From: Octopus vulgaris
Taxonomy: Eukaryota
Assembly (NCBI GenBank): GCA_951406725.2
Contig: OX597831.1
Coordinates: forward strand, 16,616,001-16,680,000
DNA: 64,000 nt
Direction of reading: 5' to 3'
Both the position numbers and the translations under genes were made by a program. Positions 1 through 28,582 of this stretch are shown here, one piece after another. The notes under the pieces are model-generated. The model saw only the letters and a list, made by a program, of their open reading frames with translations, was not told the origin of the DNA and did no database searches. Numbering within the stretch: the stretch's first letter is position 1; each line of letters starts with the position of its first letter.

Positions 1-1015
1 GCGAATTAAATTTGAATGAAACAGAAGATTATATTAATAAATCAACAAACCAAAGACTGATCCTGGTCAAAAGGGAAAATTTTGAACTTTTGCGAGAAGG
101 TAATGTAACAATAGACATTAAATTTTAAATAGAAAATAAATAACTTCTGTTGGCAATATTTTTCTTCTGCCTGTTTAAATAAGAGAACTGATTAAAGTGA
201 GTTTTGAAAGGGCTGAAACTGTTTCTATTTCTCGATTCAGCGCTGTATGAGTGAGGTCCAACGGTTAAGTCCATTCAACGCCTTCGTCAATCTTTACCGA
301 CATCGATTATAGTGAAGAATTATGAGAAAAAGAGGACGGAATAGAGCTAACTGCAATGGTGAAAGTAATGCTATATAGATATGGCATCTGAGGATTGTCT
401 TCCAAGGTTTTGAATTTATCTTTGATTTATATAAAAATTGCATGACCTGCCAAGCTGGAGCGCAGGCCACTTCAGTGAACATTAGCTTTGGCAGTTAATA
501 TAAATTTAATTATCTTTAAATGCCAAACTAATACAGTTTATTAAAGTAAAAATTATAACAGAATATTTTGGCTTTACAAATAATTTCAAAAATGTATATA
601 TATTTAAGAAGTTGTATTTTTTCGTATAAGTACAGCTTCTGTTGCTATTAGTTACATTTTTATATGTATTAGACGAGGTTTCTTGAAGATTCACGCGATA
701 AAATATAGTTGAAACAATATATATTAATAACATTTCACATAAGAGGTCAAATGTCATGAAATACCTTGTAAGGTTCAAAATTTTTAGTTATGAATAGTAA
801 AATAAATTATGTAGAAAATATTATTCTAATCTGCTTGAAATCGCACAAAAAATTTTTTGCCATTGCATCCATGTTATTAGATATAATTATCAAAATGTTA
901 TTTCTGAATTTCTGAATGCATATTAAGTGAGATCGATATGATTTATATTACATAAGTATAAAGATATTTCGTCTTTTAAAAATTTCCTTGATGAAATACT
1001 TCCCTCTCCTTCATA

Positions 1016-1185
1016 TCTATATGTAAAACTAAGATTGTGTGTGCGTGTGTGTGCGTGTGTGTGCGTGTGTGTCTGTGTGTCTATCTGTCTGTCTATGTGT
1101 GCAAAACACGAACACGAGAACCACCCGACCGATTTTATTCAAGTTTTTCACATGCCAAACTTACGGACCAAGCAGTGTCACGGGC

Positions 1186-1190
<5 letters not shown>
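1016..1190 (+). mobile_element. 5' fragment of Helitron-like element
   Basis: Similar to 49210-49340: TCTATATGTAAAAC, (GTCT)n, ATTTTATTCAAGTTTTTCACATGCC. Confidence 0.5.
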
Positions 1191-1224
<34 letters not shown>

Positions 1225-1574
1225 CATCTGTGTGTATGTGTGTGTGTGTGTATATCTATATATATATATATAGTAATTTATTTATGTACATATATATATT
1301 TAAATATATATATATGTATGTATGCATATTTACGTATATATATATATATGTATGTATGCATATTTACGTATATATGTTTATGTATGTGTGTATTACTTAT
1401 ATTATTTGCATTTGACGGATATTTGTCCTCATCTTCTTTCTTGCAAACACAACGATCGGCTGATATAACCTCCAGCCTTCATCAGGTGTCCTGGTAAAAT
1501 TTGGAACCTGGGTTCTTATTCCGTAAGGTATTTTTCCATGGTGTTGTTGTTATTATTATTATTATTATTATTAT

Positions 1575-4500
1575 TCTATGTTTGACTTTTGCTTTATATT
1601 TGTACAAGTTGGCTCCAAGTCTCACCCAGAGACCTCAAGAGACAACAGGGTTGGAAGTTCATGTTGTTGTTATGCCTAGTGTGCCATATATTTGGGGGGT
1701 GGGGGGTTTGTACTAATGAATGTCTAAAAAATTTTTTTTTTTTCTTTTTTTTAAACCGAAAATTATGTTTGTTTTAAACTTGAGATTACATAGAAAGTAT
1801 TTTGCGTAGGATATGAGCAGTTCCCATGAGCACTATCTTTTGAATTTCTGCCATTTTTGGGTTTCCTGGTATCTGAGTTAGGTAGCTATCTGCTCCTTTT
1901 GCTATCATTCCCAACCTATGACAACAGGTATTGTTTTAGTCTTCAGCTTCCACATTTTGCTGATTTCTATTTCAAGATCTTTATATTTGCTCAGGTTTTG
2001 GTAGGTCTTGACAGATACGTTTATATCGATTGGGACAGTCATATCAATGAGGAGGCATGTTCTTTGTTTGAAGTCTTTCAATATGATGTCTGGCCTATTT
2101 GCATCTATCTTCCTGTCAGTTTGAATGGTGAAGTTCCAGAGGAGTGAGATGTGGTCATTTTCAAGCACTAGGGGTGGTTTGTGTTCCCACCAGTTTTTTT
2201 CATGGGGCAAATCCAGGTTTTTACAGATTACCCAGTGAATATATTGTGCAGCTCTATCGTGCCTGTTGAGATACTCTGTAGGCGTTAGAAGACTGCACTT
2301 GGAGACCACATGGTCAATGGTTTCATTTTGTTGCTTGCATACACGACACGTTGGACTGCTTCTGATCTTTAATATGTTGGCCTGGTAGTTTCTTGTTGGT
2401 AGGCATTGATCTTGAGCTGCTATGATAAACCCCTATGTTTCAGATTTTAAGCCAGAGGCCATTAGCCATCGATGGGTCAGGGCTTTGTCAACATCTGCAT
2501 TATTTGCTCTCTTTGGGTATTAGTCATAGAGAGGTTTTTCTTGCCATTTATCATTCAGAATATCTAAGGCCGCAGATTTAGCACGGGTTTTCATGCGCTT
2601 AGCTTTTTCTGTGCCTGTTTCTTGTATGTCTATCTCTAATTCCGAAATTTGTTGTATTCGGAATTCACTTAGATATTCCTTTGCCTGTTTTGTTACTGAG
2701 TATGATGCTTTCTTGTTTTCATGTTTTGAGACAAGTTTTAACATCCAGTCCTCAGAGTTTTTCAGGTAGGTGTCTAGGCCAATTGTAGCAATCTTCATTG
2801 TTATTGCCAGTTGTAAAAGTCCACGGCCTCCCTCTTTTCTTGGCAGATAAAGTCGTTCTGTATCTGCCTTAGGGTGGTGCATTCTATGCATTGTCAACAG
2901 TTTTCGTATTTTTCTGTCAAGATTACATATTTCAGTAATTGACCAGTTATCGATACTGAAACTGTAAGTCACGAGACTGGTATGGCTAATGCATTGATCG
3001 CTTCAATCCTGTTTCTCGCATTCAACTCTGTCTTGAGTATTGCTCTTACTCTGCGATAGCATTCTCTCCTGATCCTTTCCTTCATCTCTGAATGCCTTAT
3101 TCCTATTCCTTCAATTACCCCTAGATACTTGTAGTTCTCTGCTGGGTCTAATTCTTTTATGACATTCTGCTGGTCAAGGTTAACGTTAGATGTTTCTGTC
3201 ATTTTTCCTTTGATAAAGGTAGCTTTTGCGCATTTATCGAGGCAAATTCCATTCTGATGTCATTACTGAATTGTTTGACAATCGCTAGTAAGCCCTTGAG
3301 TTGTTGGTCATTTTTTGCAAAGAGCTTTAAATCATCCATGTAAATGAGATGATTTATATTTTTATCAAACATTTTATATCCGTACTGCGCATCATTGAGC
3401 AGTTTTGAGAGAGGTATTAAGGCTAAACAGAAGAGGAGCGGTGATAGTGAGTCACCCTGGAAAATGCCACATGAAATTTTTACATCACCAGTATTTAGAG
3501 ATTCATTGTCACTGTTCAAAGTTAGTGTGGTTCTCCATGATCTCATACTTACAGTCAAAAAGTTTCGCAGAGTAGGTGCTATCTTATACATTTCTAGGCA
3601 TTTATTAATCCAGCTATGTGGTAGGCTATCAAAAGCCTTTTTATAGTCTATCCAGGCTATTGATAAGTTTTTGTGTCGTTTGTGACAATCTTCTAAGATC
3701 ATCTTATTGATGAGTAGTTGATCTTTACAACCGTAGGATCCACGTTTACATCCTTTCTGTTCATTAGGGAATATGCTGCTGTCTGTCAAAAAACTATAGG
3801 TATATTCCGTCAGGACAGATGTTAGTGTGTTATACATAGTTGTTAAGCAGGTTATGGGTCTATAGTTTTTGGGTTCATTTGTTTCTTCACTTTTTGGAAG
3901 CAGGAATGTTAACCCATTAACTAGCCTAGGAGGCATCCTATTGGGTGTTGCAAAACATCATTGTAATGTTCTGCTAGCAGTTCATAGCTCTCTGGGAAGG
4001 CATTCAACCAAAAGTTAGGGATTTTATCCTTTCCTGGAGACTTCCATTTGCTTGACCACCTGAGAGCAGATCTTATATCTTCTACCTTGACACCCTCCCA
4101 CTTTTGCTCTTCTAAGGAGTCCAGTTCTTTAGATATTCTATCAATCAAGGGGGCCTTTTCGCTGTGTGTTTTTTCTTCTGCCCAAATTTTATTCCAAAAT
4201 CCCTGCACTTCTTCTTTTGATGGTACAGACTTTACAGTAACTGTTGTTTTTCCTATCTTCCGGTAAAAATATTTGGGGTTATTTTTGAACATGTTGTTGT
4301 CCCTGTAGAATCTAATACGCTTTTCATACCTCGCTATGCGGGCAGCTTTAGCAGATACCTTTTGCTTGATGGTTTCTATGGTGGCATCAATATCAAGTAT
4401 AGTTTTCATATTATATTTTTTTCATTAGTTTTTGGGTTTTTGCAGGTTTGGTAGTCTTATGAACTTTAAGGTTTTTCAAATATTCAATGTCAGATCTAAA

Positions 4501-6494
4501 TAGTTTAAATTGTTGTTGCAAACGCTCTTGCCAAGAAGGCTTTTGTGGGAATGTTGCCGTTTTCTAATCTTTACACCAATTAGGATCGTTGAGTTTTTCG
4601 CGGATGCAGAAGTATAGGTGGTTGAGATCTGTGATATCAACATCATTAGCTGAAATTATATCCTTAAGTGCAAGCCGGATTTTACCAATTATTTTCATGT
4701 TTTGGTTAGATTTGCGTATTTTAGGGAGTGTATCACGTTCATCCATACTGGTTTCTTTAATTTTCAGCCATTCAATCATGATTTGACTTTTTAGCTCATG
4801 TAGTTCTGTCGGGTCAATATTTGTGTGACTTTCTTCATCTATTTGATGTTCATCTGTCTTAGTGTTTATATTTGGTTCAGGGAGTATTTCACTTTGCCTA
4901 TCACTTATACTAACTCTTTCAATCCTTACTGCGTTTTTATCAGCCCTGGGCTGGTCTATAATTATTTCCTCTGTATTATCTTCTTTAGCTGCAGCTTCGT
5001 TCATTTTATCCGTTACTGCTTGTCTAATTTGATCAATCTCTACTTCAGTCAGTAATTTTTTTTATAATGTTTCTTCTGACGTTGGCAAGTTTGTTACTGT
5101 CTATGTAGGGTCTTACTTCAGGGTGTTTCTGTCTCCAGTTTATGTAGGTTTGTATAGTGTTAGATTCATCTGTGGGGAAATATATGGCATGATAGAAGGC
5201 TGCAAGAACTTCTTTATTATCTTCCCTAGTCCATTTTTCCTTCTTTTTCTTTTGAGTGTTTGGTGACGAGCATGGATGGCCATCTGTTGGAATATTCCAG
5301 TTGCGGGGTACGTCCAGCTTCTGTGTGTCGGGAAGATTTGATCCAGTAGCTGATTTTTCAATCAGAATTTGGTTCAATTTTCGGGTACGTGGTCTTTTGT
5401 AATCCGCGCAATGACCAATGCGGTTTATTGTTTGATTTGTTGACCTTGAAGCATGACGAGCTTCGACTCTTACATTAGGAGATGGATCTGTCAGTTTAGG
5501 ATTCTCTGCACGTAAACATTGTTCGTAGCGCAACTTCTTAAGGCTAGCTGATCTGTATTCGTCTGTATCTTTTTTGTTGATAGTTTTATCTCCGGGCATA
5601 GTTTTCCCTTCTTTTTATTTATTTATTCATTTATTTCTTTAAACTTATGAAAGGTTCCCTCTCGCTGTATTAGTTCGAAAAAATGAGAATAAAATACGAG
5701 AAAAAAAAAATAAACAAATATAAAATAAGAATTATCATCATCACTGTCATCATCATCATCATCATCAATGACATTGTTTTATGTGTAGTCACAGCGGTAG
5801 CTTATTATTATTATTATTCTCACTATCACCATCACCACGGTAGAGTGGTCATGTTCTATAAATAGATTCATCAGATGGTGGACAAAGGACATCTTGGGTC
5901 AGGAAAAGGTCAAACCTGTTTACTAGTACCAGCGTTATCTTGAAAAGCAATCCAGCTATATATATATATATACCTATACACATATGTATATATATATGTA
6001 TATTCACATACGCATATTTTCTGATATTCACTCGATGATTTTTTTTTTCTTTTAATTTCTGAGTTCAATTGTGTTTGGAAAAAAAAAAAAGATTTTTGCA
6101 AAGGGAAGAATGTTTACATTTTCGAATGCTCAGAAAATTTTTCTTTTCTTTTTAAAAGTTTAAAAGTTATGCTGTGGTTTACAGTTTTTGTAGTTGTGCA
6201 GTGTATATATATTGGTATACGCTTACTTCCATAGTTTTTTATCGTGCATTTAATTGTGTTGTTACAATAAAAGGCAAAGAAGGGACGGCAGACTGTTCAC
6301 ACAAAATTGGAGATATTTATGATTCTAAATTCTTTGTTATGTGTTCGCTTGTATGTGCAAAGCTGTAGATATATAAGTTCCTTAGCTTACTTTGAGGGAA
6401 ATTCAAATTACTCACAGAAAACAGTAGATCTTCCAGTTTTTCCGTTGTCACGCTGGGTTGGTCAGAGCAGCGAAAAACACGTCCAGCTTCTATC
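1575..6494 (-). mobile_element. R4/Dong-clade non-LTR retrotransposon (RT + CCHC + restriction-like endonuclease), near full length, frameshifted
   Basis: ORF fragments from 5599 down to the stop at 1786. RT motifs NYRPITCL, WIDYKKAFDS, GIFQGDSLSP, YMDD and YKYLG. CCHC knuckle CRVC...H...C. REL motifs RHD, RPDI and KY. Flanked by (TAA)n on both sides, as is typical for Dong. Confidence 0.9.
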
Positions 6495-6572
<78 letters not shown>

Positions 6573-6594
6573 CATTATTATTATTATTATTATT

Positions 6595-6675
6595 CAGGTT
6601 CCTGCCTGGAATCGAACACGTAATCTTAGGCTACGTAACCCGCGCTCTTATACAATACGCCATGTGCCCGTGGCA
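6595..6675 (-). mobile_element. tRNA-like 5' head of the SINE interrupted by Dong
   Basis: Minus strand GGGCACATGGCGTA..GAGCGCGGG..GTTCGATTCCAGGCAGGAACCTGAAT(AAT)n, homologous to 19575-19640. Confidence 0.6.
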
Positions 6676-6699
6676 AAAAATATGTCCCCAGCTCTGTAC

Positions 6700-7130
6700 A
6701 ATCATAGTCTACAGAATTCATATTCTTTCCGTCCAAATGATTCGAAAACTGCAGAATAAATGATAATCAGTTGGGGTAATGTCGAGCAAAAATGATGGGT
6801 CGGGCATCGTTTCCCATTGCATCTGCTCGAGCTTTCGGAATGTCATCACCGCTGTATGGAAGAGCATATACGTCTTGAAAGAGGGTCTTTTTCGATACCA
6901 CGCGGCTGTCGATGCATGGATGAATGAACAAATCGAAGCTTCACTGCTAGTTCTTCAACAGTTACGATGAGATTATTTTTCTACTACGTTTTCGATGACG
7001 TCTTCTTTGAACTCTACACATCTTCGGGACGAAGCTCTTCATCTAGGCAGTAAGTTCCGTCTCTCAGTGTCTAGAGCCACCGTTAAAACTGGCTTACGCT
7101 TATTGTCTGATCGCCATATACTGCATTTAT
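6700..7130 (-). mobile_element. mariner transposase remnant (catalytic C-terminal region)
   Basis: The minus strand reads ..QWETMPDPSFLLDITPTDYHLF.., matching the mariner consensus WEVLPHPPYSPDLAPSDYHLF. Confidence 0.65.
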
Positions 7131-7712
7131 ATACCTCGCACTTCCCGTTGCATTATTGCCATTCTCGAACACATAACACAATATATGCCGAATATGCTCT
7201 TTTGTCCCTTCCAATATAGATTTGAATAAATAACTGCTAAAATGTAAATGTGCTCTTCAAAAACTGGACTGAGAATAATGAAAGGATAAAAGTACCACCT
7301 GCCTTTATAGCCAGTTCATGCCACTGACGTATACATGGGTGTGTCTCTGTGTATGTGTCTGTGTGTGTACGTGTGTGCGTGTGGAAGAATTTCATTCGAA
7401 TGAACGGACACAATTATTTGTATTTTTCTAGTTTAGTCGCTATTCGATCGTTCTTTTCTCACCACCACTCCGTTAACCTCTAAACCAAAAGCTTCCATAC
7501 GCATTCCAAAATGATTTAAGAATCATGAAACACTGTAAACTTTTCTAAAGCATTATTTCGTATCCGATACATGCAATTGACACAGCTAAACACCTGTTAC
7601 ACTGCATCTCATTATATGTACATGGATACACACTTACATATATATATATATATACTTACATATATACATACATACGTATATACATACATATATACATATA
7701 CATGTATTTATA

Positions 7713-7789
<77 letters not shown>

Positions 7790-7839
7790 TTGTTAGGGCC
7801 TAACAACCATTGCGTTATTGCTTGTCTTTTCCGCCACGA

Positions 7840-24567
<16,728 letters not shown>

Positions 24568-25545
24568 ATAAAATATGTCCTGTTTCAAATGTACATCTAT
24601 TTCATCGTACTTTTTCTTAATGGAATACCAGTTGCTTATCTTCGAAATCAGCCACAATGTTTTTGAATACCTTGACTTCTGTTGCGCATTATTTTTTATG
24701 TACCGTCAATGTTTGAGATGTACTTTTCTTTACATAGATTTTTATATTACGTAATGTTCAATGACTACTCGTCTGTAGGTTTTCCACAGTCTCTCCTATA
24801 TTAATATTACGTAAACTTGTAATATATACATTGGATTATCCAGTCATGAACGAGAAATGATGTTTCAGGAAAAATAAAGCGGTAATCATGTTCTATGTAC
24901 ACACAGTCTTATCATATGCGGCCTGCTGTTTACTTGAAATCATTATGGCACATGGAACAAATTGAGGACTCAGTTTTCTCCAGTGCTTGTGGATCATTTA
25001 CTATGTGTTCTCTACAGAGGAAGGCAAGGCTTGCTTTCTTCAGTTCCGTAAATCCACAATGACGGGCAACGTTACCATTTAGAGGAGCAGCGTTTCGCAT
25101 GCTTGCATGAAGTTGGTCTCGATGTTGGAGTCGACTTCGCTGAAAGGAGAAGCAGGACGGTATCATGTCCTGCGTTCTGATGCGTTTGTCTTTGAAGTAG
25201 AGGTATTGGCCGTATTAAAGTAAAATAATGCAAAAAGCCAGATATTCTCAAGTATTGTCGATATTATTATGGTTATGGAAGAACGATATAGTAAAAACTA
25301 ATTGAGAGCATCAAGAACAATGTATTGTCTCTTGTGAAATGGGTAAATGCTGCTGAAATATGAAATGTAACCTCTGTGGCAAAATATATCATAAAAGTAT
25401 TACCGTTGCACTGCTGTGCTTCTTGTTTTAGGGTCCCAAAATAGTCGAGTATGCTACAAAGTACATGTTTCCCACTTGATTTACAATTCACGGAGTCCAA
25501 TTAAATAAATATTGGTAATTTCATATGAATACATGTTGACATATA

Positions 25546-25597
<52 letters not shown>

Positions 25598-25600
<3 letters not shown>

Positions 25601-25906
25601 GAGGCACAATGGCCTAGTGGTTAGGGCAGCGGACACGCGGTCGTAGGATCACGGATTCGATTCCCAGACCGGGCGTTGTGAGTGTTTATTGAGCGAAAAC
25701 ACCTAAAGCTCCACGAGGCTCCGGCAGGGGATGGTGCCGATCCCTGCTGTACACTTTCGCCACAACTTTTCTCACGCTTTCTTCTGTTGGCCTGCTCGCT
25801 TAGCCAGCTGGGTGGCGTCATTTGAAGGCTAAAAAACAATGCGGCGCGCATTTTGACCAGCGATGTGTAGCAACATCTGATAGCCTGGTCGGTCACGGTG
25901 ATCACG

Positions 25907-25910
<4 letters not shown>
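25598..25910 (+). mobile_element. tRNA-derived SINE (family A)
   Basis: TGGCCTAGTGGTTAGGGC A box and GGATTCGATTCCC B box, flanked by (TA)n. Confidence 0.85.
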
Positions 25911-25950
<40 letters not shown>

Positions 25951-26631
25951 GAGAGAGAGAGAGAGAGAAAGAAAGTAAAGATGAGTCATAGAAAGAGAGG
26001 CTATATACAAATAGAGATATATATTTAGGTGAATATGTTTCCTGTTTCCAAATATATGATCTGCTCGAAACGTAACACAACGCAGTCTTTCTTTCTTTAA
26101 GCGTCTTATTACTACATCGAATGCGCTACGTCTCGCTTTGTTTATTCGTCACCTTTTTGTTTCCCTGCTTTTTCAATCTTATATTTATATAAGTACAAAA
26201 TGAGATAGTGGTTATGAGTGTAAACCACTATGGGATATCAGTTATCCAATATACTGCGGGTGAAGCACCTAAATGGCAAATACATAAATGCTTATAATTG
26301 CAATGCAATTAATTCATTTATTGTATTAGATGGGCGAAAGTAAAATATTTTACCTCAAAATCATAATACAAATAAGAAAATGGAGGAGCAGATTCACTTC
26401 AATCATCAACTTACGGATATTACCAATTCATATTATTTATTAACTACATAAATAGGAACATCCAAATCCAACAAAACAAAACAATATACATCAATACGTA
26501 AGATAAGAAAATCATAAGAATAATACACATAAAATGGATCTTACAGCTGTTTCAGCCTGTAGATAAAGGTATCTCATTCTGCCTATATTAGTCAGATTTA
26601 TTGAGGTCTATGTAGTTAAAAATGAGTCACT

Positions 26632-26689
<58 letters not shown>

Positions 26690-26692
<3 letters not shown>

Positions 26693-28538
26693 TTCAACAA
26701 TTGAGGGTAAAATTAATTAATTAATCAATTTCACCAAGTGTTCAGTATGCAAAGGGACCATTTAAGGCGAATTCAAATTATTACATTATATAAAAGGGCT
26801 TAGTAAAATAAATTACTTTGCCGCATACTGAACTCATTAGAAATAGCAGCCAAAAAAACTTTTTTAAAACTATTTCCAATACTTAAAGAAAATCTCTCTC
26901 ATATAGTGCTTGTTCAATTCAACTCACGAAAGTATGAGGGTAGAAACATTAAAAAATCAAATGCAAGGTTATTTGAGAACGTACGTTTCAAGATTAGTCA
27001 AACTCGACACTTCTATCATCAGCTCAGAACTCCCTGGTTTGGATTTGAAAACACTGAAAGCAGGAGCATATCAATTCGGTCTCCCATCGTCTCCGAAGAT
27101 CTACTCGCAACTAACAGTGCCAACGAATTCAAATATGCAAGCGATGAATTTCTGCTCTCCCCCTTCCACCAGCGTGGGTTAAAATCAACAAACAACATGC
27201 TTTTTTTCGGTAAAATCCGAGGCATTAAATAGAGAAAGATGAATTATAATTTCAACAATTGAGGGTAAAATTAATTAATTAATCAATTTCACCAAGTGTT
27301 CAGTATGCAAAGGGACCATTTAAGGCGAATTCAAATTATTACATTTTACTAAGCTTAGTAAAATAAATTACTTTGCCGCATACTGAACTCATTAGAAATA
27401 GCAGCCAAAAAAAACCTTTTTTTAAAAACTATTTCCAATACTTAAAGAAAATCTCTCTCAAATAGTGCTTGTTCAATTCAACTCACGAAAAGTATGAGGG
27501 TAGAAACATTAAAAAATCAAATGCAAAGGTTATTTGAGAACGTTTCAAGATTATCAAACTCGACACTTCTATCATCAGCTCATGCCCTGGTTTGGATTTG
27601 AAAACACTGAAAGCAGGAGCATATTCGGTCTCCCATCGTCTCCGAAGATCTACTCGTTAGTTGCGAGTAGATCTTCGGAGAGGATGGGAGACCGAATAGG
27701 ATGCTCCTGCTTTCAGTGTTTTCAAATCCAAACCAGGGAGTTCTGAGCTGATGATAGAAGTGTCGAGTTTGACTAATCTTGAAACGTACGTTCTCAAATA
27801 AACTTTGCATTTGATTTTTTAATGTTTCTACCCTCATACTTTCGTGAGTTGAATTGAACAAGCACTATTTGAGAGAGATTTTCTTTAAGTATTGGAAATA
27901 GTTTTTAAAAAAGTTTTTTTTTTGGCTGCTATTTCTAATGAGTTCAGTATGCGGCAAAGTAATTTATTTTACTAAGCCCTTTTATATAATGTAATAATTT
28001 GAATTCGCCTTACATGGTCCCTTTTCATACTGAACACTTGGTGAAATTGATTAATTAATTAAATTTACCCTCAATTGTTGAAATTATAATTCATCTTTCT
28101 CTATTTAATGCCTCGGATTTTACCGAAAAAAGCATGTTGTTTGTTGATTTTAACCCACGCTGGTGGAAGGGGAGAGCAGAAATTCTTCGCTTGCATATTT
28201 GAATTCGTTGGCACTGTTAGTTGCGAGTAGATCTTCGGAGACGATGGGAGAACCGAATAGATATGCTCCTGCTTTCAGTGTTTTCAAATCCAAACCAGGA
28301 GTTCTGAGCTGATGATAGAAGTGTCGAGTTTGACTAATCTTGAAACGTACGTTCTCAAATAACCTTTGCATTTGATTTTTTAATGTTTCTACCCTCATAC
28401 TTTCGTGAGTTGAAATTGAACAAGCACTATTTGAGAGAGATTTTCTTTAAGTATTGGAAATAGTTTTTAAAAAAGTTTTTTTGGGCTGCTATTTCTAATG
28501 AGTTCAGTATGCGGCAAAGTAATTTATTTTACTAAGCC

Positions 28539-28545
<7 letters not shown>
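26690..28545. mobile_element. Palindromic array of ~560 bp tandem monomers, each with a hammerhead motif (Penelope pLTR/retrozyme-like)
   Basis: TTCAACAATTGAGGGTAAAA recurs at ~26693 and ~27251. The strand inverts at ~27657, followed by reverse-complement monomers up to 28545. Confidence 0.8.
27744..27796 (+). ncRNA. Type I hammerhead ribozyme motif (repeated at 28305-28357 +, 26974-27026 -)
   Basis: TGAG-CTGATGA-[AGA..GTCGA/TTGAC..TCT stem II]-GAAAC-GTAC-GTT-CTCA, with palindromic stem III AACGTACGTT. Confidence 0.7.

Positions 28546-28579
<34 letters not shown>

Positions 28580-28582
<3 letters not shown>

Noticed and set aside
25598-25675. tRNA gene-like sequences here and at 12553, 13140, 43473, 51650 and 59737
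   Set aside because: They continue into shared repeat bodies and lack a clean cloverleaf and terminator, so they are SINE heads.
26906-28398. Repeated ORFs (FENVRFKISQTRHFYHQL...)
   Set aside because: They are frameshifted differently in each monomer of the hammerhead repeat and have no protein motif.
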